A stretch of 64,000 bases of DNA from positions 73,116-137,115 of the IMG/VR virus record IMGVR_UViG_3300014208_000032, one strand, 5' to 3'. A program made the position numbers and the translations under genes. The notes below the pieces were generated by a model, which saw nothing but the letters and a program-made list of their open reading frames with translations, did not search any database and had not been told where the DNA came from. The stretch comes from a virus. Shown piece after piece: positions 57,152 through 64,000 of the stretch (positions are counted from its first letter, which is position 1; each line of letters begins with the position of its first letter).

Positions 57152-57634
57152 ATGGACTTTAAATCAAGAGTGAGAGAATATATCTCATTAACAGAAGCAG
57201 AACAAATAAGTCAACAGACAGAAAAAAGTCAGCAAATAATTTTAATTTTAAAATACCTTGTGGATAATAATCCAAATGCTTCCAATGAAGATATTTTAAA
57301 ACTAGCAGAAGAAAAACTGGGACCAGTTCAAGGAAACAATAAAGAACAAGTTATTAAAACTATTGAGCAACTAAAGCAACAGAAAAAACTGCCAATCAAT
57401 GCTTTAAAAAGTGGGGGCAAAAAACCTGGATTTTTTAAGCGAGTTGTTCTTAGAATAATTGCTCCTGTTCTTGGTATAGTTGGTGGCGTTGCTGGAATTG
57501 CTTCTTTTTTTACCCCAGAAGGTAGTGAATTAAAAAATACACTAAGAATGGTTACTGGCTTTACTATGCCAACAAGTATGGCAATTGGTGTTGGTGCTCA
57601 AATTTCAAACGCAAGAAGTCAGGGGCATGTATAA
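57152..57634 (+). CDS. Late membrane-active/internal virion protein
   Basis: Late motif and SD; N-term SLTEA; C-terminal hydrophobic Gly-rich segments. Confidence 0.5.
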   Translation: MDFKSRVREYISLTEAEQISQQTEKSQQIILILKYLVDNNPNASNEDILKLAEEKLGPVQGNNKEQVIKTIEQLKQQKKLPINALKSGGKKPGFFKRVVLRIIAPVLGIVGGVAGIASFFTPEGSELKNTLRMVTGFTMPTSMAIGVGAQISNARSQGHV

Positions 57635-59133
57635 TGAAAAAACAATTTGTTAAGTTTTATAAACAAGAAGATTTAAAAGAATTTGTCGTAGAAAATAAAG
57701 AAATATTAGAAGAAGGTTGGCTTACACAATTTTCTTCTAATTGGACCGGGAAAGATGTTACTGATAAAGCTGGTAAATTAAGAGAAGTTATTTCGCAATT
57801 ATCTTCAGAAAGTAGCAAAATAAGAACAATACAAGCAAAATTTGATGTAGTTCTTCAAGAGTTAAATGATTTTGAAAAAAAAATGGGGGCAGGTGGCTCT
57901 GCTGGTGTTCAATCTGAAATAAATACTAATGTCGAAAAAGCAAAAGAAGTTAATCCTGTTAAAAATTTTAGTTTAAAAACAGAAGGATTAAATTATTTTA
58001 AAAAACTTTTGGAAGCAGGTTTGGTTGGTGATACAACAAAAAAAATAGCACAAACAAATGCAGATGTTACCGAAGCGAAAAGAACTGGTAGTATTCCAGT
58101 CAGAAATCAAACCCCAGAAACAACATCCAATACAATTCAATCTGGGGCGAGTGCAGTTGAAGGGATTAAAGAGTTAAATACCTTAAAAACAACAATTTCT
58201 GAACTTAAACCTCAACTTACCTCTTTAGAGGAAATGTCAAGAGAATTAATTTCTGAACTAAATCAAGGTGTTAAATTTTTTCAAGATGCTGAACCACTTA
58301 TTACAGCAAAAAAATCTGATGTTTTCGAGGGAAAAGTGAAGAGTTTTGAAAAAAACATCACACCAAAACTTGATGAATTTAAAACGAAATTACAAAAGTT
58401 TTATACTGATATTGGTCCTATTGATGAAGTTGTTAAATCAACAATTGATTTTAGCAAGAAAATAGAGCTTAGTAAAAAACCAGAACTCTTATCAACAGCA
58501 ACAGCTATTAAAAATGCTATTGTTGGAAATCTTGGTTCCATTTTAAAAATTGGAGCACTTTCTCTTGTTGGAATAACATTGCTTACTGGTGGAGTTGGTG
58601 GGGTGATTGCTTTAATGACTTGGTTTATTACCAGTATGACAACTTCTCTTGCTGGAATAAGCACTACGATTACTACTGCTGGAATCCCAGGAATTCTTGG
58701 CATTGCAACGTCTGCTGGACTTGGTGGAGCCGCTGCTAAGGGAATTATTGATAAGAATAAAGAAAAAACAGCAGAGCCAAATAAAGAAAAAGGGAAGGTT
58801 GATACATCAAAACCTCTTCAAATTTTTGGAGAAGGAAGTATTCCATTTGAAGTTAGTAATGGTCAATCTCTTAAAAAAGAAGGAAAAATTATTGCTACAT
58901 TTAAATCTGATGGTGGAAAATGGACATTTGAAATTCCAGGAGGAAAACCAACAGAAATAACAAACGAAGATGAGTTTGAACTTGAAATAGACGGAGAAAA
59001 GTTTAAATTTTTAGCAAGATTTGCTCAGTTTTCTGTTAAGGTAAATGAAGGATGGATTTCAACATATTATGATTTTAGAACTCCATATCAAAAAATTCTT
59101 TCTGAAAGTAATTATAAAAAAGTAGGTGTTTAA
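57634..59133 (+). CDS. Late coiled-coil protein with a long hydrophobic hairpin (putative ejection/pilot protein)
   Basis: EILEEG N-term; about 70-aa uncharged Gly/Ala/Thr/Ile segment (GSILKIGALSLVG...GLGGAAA). Confidence 0.5.
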   Translation: MKKQFVKFYKQEDLKEFVVENKEILEEGWLTQFSSNWTGKDVTDKAGKLREVISQLSSESSKIRTIQAKFDVVLQELNDFEKKMGAGGSAGVQSEINTNVEKAKEVNPVKNFSLKTEGLNYFKKLLEAGLVGDTTKKIAQTNADVTEAKRTGSIPVRNQTPETTSNTIQSGASAVEGIKELNTLKTTISELKPQLTSLEEMSRELISELNQGVKFFQDAEPLITAKKSDVFEGKVKSFEKNITPKLDEFKTKLQKFYTDIGPIDEVVKSTIDFSKKIELSKKPELLSTATAIKNAIVGNLGSILKIGALSLVGITLLTGGVGGVIALMTWFITSMTTSLAGISTTITTAGIPGILGIATSAGLGGAAAKGIIDKNKEKTAEPNKEKGKVDTSKPLQIFGEGSIPFEVSNGQSLKKEGKIIATFKSDGGKWTFEIPGGKPTEITNEDEFELEIDGEKFKFLARFAQFSVKVNEGWISTYYDFRTPYQKILSESNYKKVGV

Positions 59134-59319
59134 ATGTCAATCAAAAGTGTTATTTTAAAAAATAGCGGTTCTCTTTTTGAAGAAGAAGTTGAAAAGAAAG
59201 AAGAAATTAAAGAAGTTCCTAAGAAAAAAAAGAAAAAGAAAAAACCTTTTGATAAAGAATTAAAACCAAAGAAAGGTGTTAATGTTGTTGATGCAGATAA
59301 TAGTGGCTATACTGGATGA
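59134..59319 (+). CDS. Small hypothetical protein (K/E-rich)
   Basis: Coupled ORF, 61 aa. Confidence 0.45.
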   Translation: MSIKSVILKNSGSLFEEEVEKKEEIKEVPKKKKKKKKPFDKELKPKKGVNVVDADNSGYTG

Positions 59320-59323
59320 TCTA

Positions 59324-59352
59324 TTGACAAAAAAAATTTTTTAGATTATAAT
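59324..59352 (+). promoter_or_regulatory. Sigma70-type promoter for the operon containing dnaE fragment 3
   Basis: TTGACA-17-TATAAT perfect consensus. Confidence 0.85.
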
Positions 59353-59353
59353 T

Positions 59354-59381
59354 AACCTATCTAAACTAGATAGGTTTTTTT
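59354..59381 (+). terminator. Rho-independent terminator overlapping the promoter start site
   Basis: aacctatct-aaact-agataggtt followed by a T-run. Confidence 0.75.
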
Positions 59382-59395
59382 ATTTGGAGGAAAAA

Positions 59396-59608
59396 ATGGA
59401 TGAATTGAAATGCCCAAAGTGCGGAAACGATTGTAAGGAATACGTGACAAGGTTTAAGTGTAGGAATTCAACCTGTGATTTTGAATATACTAAATATTTT
59501 CAAATAACAAAAGAATTCAAAGAACTAGAAGATCTTGGTGAAGAAGAGTTTCGTAAAATAGTAAAATCTGCTTGTGAAGGTTCTTCAAAAAAAATGAAGG
59601 GGGTTTAA
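59396..59608 (+). CDS. Small zinc-ribbon protein
   Basis: CPKCG...CRNSTC; SD GGAGG. Confidence 0.55.
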   Translation: MDELKCPKCGNDCKEYVTRFKCRNSTCDFEYTKYFQITKEFKELEDLGEEEFRKIVKSACEGSSKKMKGV

Positions 59609-59609
59609 A

Positions 59610-59825
59610 ATGTTAGCAATATTTAAGTGGTTTTGTTATGGAGGTGGTTATACTTGGTTATCAGATGAATATATTCTTTTAGGTGTAATTGAAAAAGAAA
59701 AATTTGAAGAATTTATGCTTCCATTTTTAGATAAAGAAGAAGATGAAGGTTTTATTCAGTATTGTTATAAAAATATTGAAATTGGCGTTCCTATTGATGA
59801 AAACTACCAAATGTTTGGAATATAA
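59610..59825 (+). CDS. Hypothetical protein
   Basis: ORF with GAAGGGG SD. Confidence 0.5.
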   Translation: MLAIFKWFCYGGGYTWLSDEYILLGVIEKEKFEEFMLPFLDKEEDEGFIQYCYKNIEIGVPIDENYQMFGI

Positions 59826-59836
59826 GGAAGAAAAGA

Positions 59837-60010
59837 ATGAAACCAGTTGGTCTTTATCCAAAAGAAAATTATACATTTGTAGATGAAAAAGATTTAAAAC
59901 ACGGGCGATCTGGTCATCACAAAATGAAAGCTTCTATGAGAAGGTTAATTCGATCTATGAAAAGAAGTTTTAATAATAAGTTTAAAAAAGAATGTGAGGA
60001 TTTAAAATGA
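59837..60010 (+). CDS. Small basic hypothetical protein (57 aa), not in the ORF track
   Basis: SD AAGGA; MKPVGLYPK...; overlaps the next ATG (ATGA). Confidence 0.45.
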   Translation: MKPVGLYPKENYTFVDEKDLKHGRSGHHKMKASMRRLIRSMKRSFNNKFKKECEDLK

Positions 60011-60186
60011 ATAAAGAAGAAAAGTTGATATCTATTTTGGAAAAATTATTAACAAGAATTAATGGGGTTACAGCATACCACAGGCACGGAAACGCAATAC
60101 CGAAAAAATCTCTTGATAGTTTATCAGACCTTCAAATAGATATAGAATATGAGTTAAAGGAAATAAAAAATGATAAAATTTTATAA
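60007..60186 (+). CDS. Small hypothetical protein (59 aa), not in the ORF track
   Basis: Coupled ORF MNKEEKLISILEK... Confidence 0.4.
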   Translation: MNKEEKLISILEKLLTRINGVTAYHRHGNAIPKKSLDSLSDLQIDIEYELKEIKNDKIL

Positions 60187-60622
60187 AGTATATGATAGAG
60201 GTGTAGTTCTTCCTTATGGATGTTTTTCTAATTTCTCTCCTCATAAATTAATAGAAGATGGCATTGAATACAAAACTTCTGAACATTACTATCAATCAAA
60301 AAAATTCTTAAAAAAAGAAGATGAATTAGAAGTAATTAATTCTGCAACTCCATCACTTTGTGCCAAAATAGGAAGAGATAGAGAAAAAACATTGAGAGAA
60401 GATTGGGAAGAAATTAAAGATGATATTATGTATAATGCTTTAAAATTAAAATTTTCTCAAAATTTCTTTATTAAGAATATTTTACTATCGACAGCAGAAG
60501 AAGAATTAATTGAGGATTCGCCTGTCGATTCTTATTGGGGTTGTGGTTCTGATGGGTTAGGTAAAAATATGCTTGGAAAACTCCTTATGAAACTAAGACA
60601 AGAATTAAGGGAAATGGAATGA
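60170..60622 (+). CDS. NADAR (YbiA/DUF1768) family ADP-ribosylhydrolase/N-glycosidase
   Basis: FSNF, SEHYYQ..KF, KIGR, LREDW, KF.Q, LIEDSP.D.YWG, G.NMLG.LLM.LR. Confidence 0.92.
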   Translation: MIKFYKVYDRGVVLPYGCFSNFSPHKLIEDGIEYKTSEHYYQSKKFLKKEDELEVINSATPSLCAKIGRDREKTLREDWEEIKDDIMYNALKLKFSQNFFIKNILLSTAEEELIEDSPVDSYWGCGSDGLGKNMLGKLLMKLRQELREME

Positions 60623-60798
60623 CAATAACACCAACTTGTCCTAAGTGTAATGGGAAAGATGTAAGTGTGGTTCCGTATTTTGATGTTTTTAATTACTATT
60701 GTCAAAAATGTGGAAAGTATAAATCCTATATAAAAATAGGAGGTAAATCAATAGAATATATTTTTGATAGTGGAGAACAAATAATAAAGGAGAAATAG
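60619..60798 (+). CDS. Small zinc-ribbon protein (59 aa), not in the ORF track
   Basis: CPKC...CQKCG; coupled to NADAR (ATGA). Confidence 0.5.
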   Translation: MTITPTCPKCNGKDVSVVPYFDVFNYYCQKCGKYKSYIKIGGKSIEYIFDSGEQIIKEK

Positions 60799-61053
60799 GT
60801 GAATTATGAAGAAATAAAAAAACTTTGTGACGAAAAAGTAAAAGAATTTCCAGATTATGAAAAAAGATATAAAAAAGAGTTAATTATGATCAAAAGAATT
60901 TACGACTCTGGAAGAAATCTTTATGATGAGTTTATAGAGAAAAAAGACAAAATTGATGATAGGTATGTTATTCCTTTTTTAATGGGATTAACAAAAACAT
61001 TATCAAATAAAACACCAGAATATATTCAAATCAACGAAGGAAACAGCGGAGGT
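60799..61053 (+). CDS. dnaE: DNA polymerase III alpha fragment 3, exon 1
   Basis: Ends EGNSGG at the U of the P1 U-G pair; joins exon 2 in frame to give SGG|IDVDVDF. Confidence 0.75.
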
Positions 61054-61279
61054 AAACGCTTAATGCCTCTTACATCAGAAACGGTGTAATTAAACGTGTT
61101 AAACTCGGCGAAAACCCTGAGAAGGACAACACCGAAGCAAACCCTTCCGGTAAATTATTTACTGATAGAAGTGGGAGCAGTAGAGACTATAATACACTAC
61201 CTGAATGCTTATGTAAAAGGTAAAGGAATAGTCCAGACCACACACATAATCTAAAAAAGAAAGTGTGGAAAAAAATCTG
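61054..61279 (+). ncRNA. Group I self-splicing intron (226 nt, no ORF)
   Basis: P1 ggaggt/gcctct with U-G at the 5' splice site; P10 ttaat/attga; P3 gtgtta/taatac; P7 gacta/tagtc in AGAGACTA...ATAGTCC; P8 tacct/aggta; P9 ccacac/gtgtgg; terminal G at 61279. Confidence 0.88.
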
Positions 61280-61909
61280 ATTGATGTTGATGTTGACTTT
61301 TCTCCTTCTGGGAGAGAACAAATTATTGATTATTTAAAATCTAAATATGGAGAAGAAAGAGTGTTTGGTGTAGGCACATTTAATCAAATGAAGATTAAAT
61401 CTGCAATTAAGGATGTTTTTCGTGTTTATGGCTTCGAGGAGTTTGGTGAAATTAATGCTTTTACGAAAGTTATGGATGATGCTCTTTCTTATGATGAAAA
61501 CATTGCTAATGTAAAAAGTAATTTTCCGCATCTTTATAAATTTTATCTTCAACATAAACAAAAATTTGATTTAGTTCCAAAATTTCTTGGAAAAGTAAGA
61601 TCGAACGGAATGCATGCTGGGGGCAAGTGCTTATTAGATAAACCCATATATAATTATATTCCAGTTGAAAGAGCAGGTAAGGATGTTGTCACTGCTTTCC
61701 CAGAAAGTGGCTCTGATGCTGTTTTGGATCATTATAAAGTGATTAAACTTGATCTTCTTGGAATTACAGTTCTTGATGTTATTAAATCAACATTAGAAAT
61801 GATAGCAGAAAGTGGAGAAAAAATATTTGAAATTGAAGATAGTGATGGGAAAATTGTGTGGGTATGTGAAAGTTATTATAATAAAATGATAGGAGAAAAA
61901 AATGGATGA
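61280..61909 (+). CDS. dnaE: DNA polymerase III alpha fragment 3, exon 2 (catalytic palm/thumb)
   Basis: IDVDVDF (two catalytic Asp), K.AIKDVFR, GMHAGG, IKLDLLG (third Asp); ends before the fingers domain. Confidence 0.92.
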   Translation: MDVDVDFSPSGREQIIDYLKSKYGEERVFGVGTFNQMKIKSAIKDVFRVYGFEEFGEINAFTKVMDDALSYDENIANVKSNFPHLYKFYLQHKQKFDLVPKFLGKVRSNGMHAGGKCLLDKPIYNYIPVERAGKDVVTAFPESGSDAVLDHYKVIKLDLLGITVLDVIKSTLEMIAESGEKIFEIEDSDGKIVWVCESYYNKMIGEKNG

Positions 61910-62051
61910 AGAAATGATTACAATCACTAAAAAAGAGTATGATAGATTAAAAAAGAGATCTCTAAAATTACAAGCTCTTGATAATGCTGGTGTTGATAAT
62001 TGGGATGGGTATAGTTATGCAATGGAATTGTTAGACGGAGAAGAGGAATGA
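61902..62051 (+). CDS. Small conserved-type phage protein (49 aa), not in the ORF track
   Basis: SD AGGAG; L.ALDNAGVDNWDGY motif common in small phage ORFs. Confidence 0.5.
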   Translation: MDEEMITITKKEYDRLKKRSLKLQALDNAGVDNWDGYSYAMELLDGEEE

Positions 62052-62219
62052 CGATGTTTATTTTTGCTGACGAGCAAGGTGGTTTTGTTCAAACTTTTAT
62101 TGAAGTTGAAAAAGTAGATATGGAAACTTTGAAAGAGATTGAAGAAGAATATTCAGATTTTACAAATAAAAAATTAACTTGTGTTAATTGGAAAAAGATG
62201 GAATGAAAAAGGAAATCAA

Positions 62220-62426
62220 ATGGCAACAGTCGTAACAAATAAAATGCTTGACGAACAAGTAAATGAAAAACTGATTGAGATGCAGAATTATCTAAATACT
62301 ATGGAAGAAGAGATAGGAAAAAACGAAGACGCAAATCTTGCTTCTTTAGGAATTATGTTTGGAAAACTACAGGGAATATATAAAGAAATAATTCAAATAA
62401 GAAAACCTTTTGATGAAAATGAATAA
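62220..62426 (+). CDS. Hypothetical coiled-coil protein
   Basis: SD AAGGA before ATG 62220 (track start 62181). Confidence 0.5.
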   Translation: MATVVTNKMLDEQVNEKLIEMQNYLNTMEEEIGKNEDANLASLGIMFGKLQGIYKEIIQIRKPFDENE

Positions 62427-62429
62427 CTA

Positions 62430-62458
62430 TTGACAAAAAAATTTTTTTAGAGTATAAT
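62430..62458 (+). promoter_or_regulatory. Sigma70-type promoter
   Basis: TTGACA-17-TATAAT perfect consensus with A/T-tract spacer. Confidence 0.85.
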
Positions 62459-62475
62459 TAATATATAGGTGAAAA

Positions 62476-62673
62476 ATGATAAATAAAACGGGTTTGGGTG
62501 TGGTATCAAGCACAAAAGGGATTTTACATCAAAATGTTTTTGATGTTGTTTTAATTAGAAATTATAATGAAAGAGAAAGAACATCAAAATTTAAATACTC
62601 TGGAATTAGAAATACGAAATCTATAAATGAAATTATGTATTATTTTTCTTGTAGTTATCCATTACAGGATTAA
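62476..62673 (+). CDS. Hypothetical protein
   Basis: SD AGGTG directly after the promoter. Confidence 0.45.
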   Translation: MINKTGLGVVSSTKGILHQNVFDVVLIRNYNERERTSKFKYSGIRNTKSINEIMYYFSCSYPLQD

Positions 62674-62676
62674 ATA

Positions 62677-62868
62677 ATGAACAAAAGCACAAATGAATAT
62701 TTTGTAGTTTCTGGGAAAAATCTTATTGGTTCCTCTGTAAGAGTTAATAAAGAAATAGAAATTACTAGTAATGTTATTAAAGATTATGTCATCATTAACA
62801 ATAAAAGTGAAATTGATAAAAACACTATATTTTTTTATAATTACATAAATTGTTTTTACATTATTTGA
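62677..62868 (+). CDS. Hypothetical protein
   Basis: ORF track only; closely follows the previous ORF. Confidence 0.35.
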   Translation: MNKSTNEYFVVSGKNLIGSSVRVNKEIEITSNVIKDYVIINNKSEIDKNTIFFYNYINCFYII

Positions 62869-63068
62869 GGTATAAAATGTTTAAAGAAAAAAAAATAAAA
62901 AATTACAGTCGAGAAAATAAGATTTTATTAAAAACAGAAAAAGACAGAATAAATCATACTTTTCTAATTTGTGCTGGTTTTATTAAAATTATAGATAGAG
63001 CAGGGAAATATTGTAGCATGCCAAAAACTATAACTTCAGGAACGTATCAAAACAATTACATAGAATAG
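62850..63068 (+). CDS. Hypothetical protein
   Basis: SD GAGGT before internal ATG 62877. Confidence 0.4.
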   Translation: MFLHYLRYKMFKEKKIKNYSRENKILLKTEKDRINHTFLICAGFIKIIDRAGKYCSMPKTITSGTYQNNYIE

Positions 63069-63070
63069 TA

Positions 63071-63099
63071 TTGACAAAAAAAATTTTTTAGAGTATAAT
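63071..63099 (+). promoter_or_regulatory. Sigma70-type promoter of the sigma-factor gene
   Basis: TTGACA-17-TATAAT perfect consensus. Confidence 0.85.
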
Positions 63100-63114
63100 T
63101 AAATAGAGGGAAAA

Positions 63115-63636
63115 ATGAAAAGGAGAAGAAAATTGGACATCGACAAAGCAGAGTTGCAAGCTCGATTCATTAAAGGCGATACAAATTATCTTTTGAAAAA
63201 AACATATGATATCGCTGCGTTCATAGTGAATAATTCGCAGTCAGGCATCTTTATACAAGACAGAGATTATAGAGAGGACATGATACAAGAATGTGTATCA
63301 CATTTTTATTTCAATTTAACAAAAAGTAAAATTGACCCAAATAAAAATATATTTTCATTCATATGGATTTCTTCTAAGAGAAAAATCTTAGAACACTTAC
63401 GAACAAAAGTAAGACGAACAAAAATTAGAAACTTTGAAAGTTTAGATTTTCAATTAGAAGAATTTAAGGTTGAAAGTGATAATAGTAGTCAAGAGTTTTT
63501 GATTGACAAAAGTAATATGGTAGATGACTTTGTATCATTTACATTAGACGATAAAGTAATAACAATTAGTAAAGACAAATTTAGGGATAAAAAAACTTTA
63601 AAAAGAGCTTTGATTAGCAAAGGTATTAAAATCTAA
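63115..63636 (+). CDS. Phage RNA polymerase sigma factor, T4 gp55-like
   Basis: YREDMIQEC.......K.DPNKNIFSFIW....R.I..LR matches the region-2 pattern of gp55-type late sigma factors; 173 aa. Confidence 0.6.
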   Translation: MKRRRKLDIDKAELQARFIKGDTNYLLKKTYDIAAFIVNNSQSGIFIQDRDYREDMIQECVSHFYFNLTKSKIDPNKNIFSFIWISSKRKILEHLRTKVRRTKIRNFESLDFQLEEFKVESDNSSQEFLIDKSNMVDDFVSFTLDDKVITISKDKFRDKKTLKRALISKGIKI

Positions 63637-63643
63637 ATCATAA

Positions 63644-63991
63644 TTGTCTTTTGAGGTGAAAAAAATGATTGATCTTAATAAATGGAACCTTGTTACAAAA
63701 GATATTTATGGAGTAAATAGGTTATTTCCAAAAAGCACAGAAGGATATGATTTGTCAAAAAAATATTTTTTTGATGATGACACTTCAAAAGCAATAGGTT
63801 ATTTACCAATAGAGGAATTTAAAAAAAATGTTATGTTTAGATCTGTAAGTAGTTCTTATTTTGAAGAAGGTTTTTTTACCTATTTAATTCTTGATGTTAA
63901 CGAAAAAAACTATTGGCATTTTGTTTTAGAAAAAACAAAAGTAGTAGAATTAAAATATGCTAATACATCTGATTTGTTGGGAATTATATGA
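63644..63991 (+). CDS. Hypothetical protein
   Basis: SD GAGGTG before ATG 63666. Confidence 0.5.
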   Translation: MSFEVKKMIDLNKWNLVTKDIYGVNRLFPKSTEGYDLSKKYFFDDDTSKAIGYLPIEEFKKNVMFRSVSSSYFEEGFFTYLILDVNEKNYWHFVLEKTKVVELKYANTSDLLGII

Positions 63992-64000
63992 AAATCATAA

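Noticed and set aside
56790-61279. One giant intron joining dnaE fragment 2 (FERFLN) directly to IDVDVDF
   Set aside because: P1 and P10 pairings fix the 5' splice site at 61053/61054, and a strong terminator plus a new promoter lie at 59324..59381. It cannot be fully excluded without RT-PCR.
61265-61909. Track ORF 61265..61909 and ORF 60799..61089 as two independent genes
   Set aside because: Better explained as two exons of one gene separated by a group I intron; the GTG start is noted only as a possible bypass.
56-62000. Numerous short antisense or alternate-frame ORFs in the track (e.g. 56..334, 570..800, 1554..1973, 23629..23940, 24993..25418, 27060..27722, 28968..29396, 53600..53998, 58401..58703)
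   Set aside because: They lie entirely within longer motif-bearing genes, lack SDs or promoters and have the composition expected of shadow frames.
1-64000. CRISPR array, diversity-generating retroelement, tRNA/rRNA genes, alternative genetic code
   Set aside because: No repeat-spacer periodicity, no reverse transcriptase or TR/VR pair, and no cloverleaf or rRNA signatures were noticed by eye. Long genes read through in code 11 with TAA, TAG and TGA all used as stops.

Overview
This is a 64-kb segment of a large, very AT-rich, contractile-tailed (T4-superfamily-like, probably jumbo) bacteriophage genome in the standard genetic code. The left half (minus strand) has an HNH endonuclease, dUTPase and a tail/baseplate operon: two paralogous tail-appendage proteins, gp7/gp6/gp25/gp53-like wedge proteins, a 3012-aa adhesin-like protein, spike, tube initiator, tape measure and hub. 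The middle and right hold a gp26-like tail chaperone with a probable +1 frameshift extension, an SLT transglycosylase, gp32-like SSB, RecA/UvsX, GroES-like, UvsW helicase, Hsp20, tail tube, an SbcCD/gp46-47 nuclease, a tnpB-only IS200/IS605 element with both ends identifiable, NADAR and a gp55-like sigma factor. The stand-out system is the replicative DNA polymerase III alpha (DnaE). It is broken into separately encoded pieces: a PHP piece joined by a naturally split intein with a free-standing PD-(D/E)xK endonuclease gene between the halves, and a separately promoted catalytic palm piece about 4 kb away, interrupted by a 226-nt group I intron next to the catalytic DxD motif. The fingers/C-terminal part is absent from the window. 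Also visible are two promoter classes (near-perfect sigma70 promoters with an A-tract/T-tract spacer, and a putative late motif AAG[T/A]TA[A/T], often 4-7 nt before SD-less ATGs), a twice-repeated 91-bp structured element and a set of probable protease-processed internal head proteins. All product calls come from motifs read by eye; no database searches were run.
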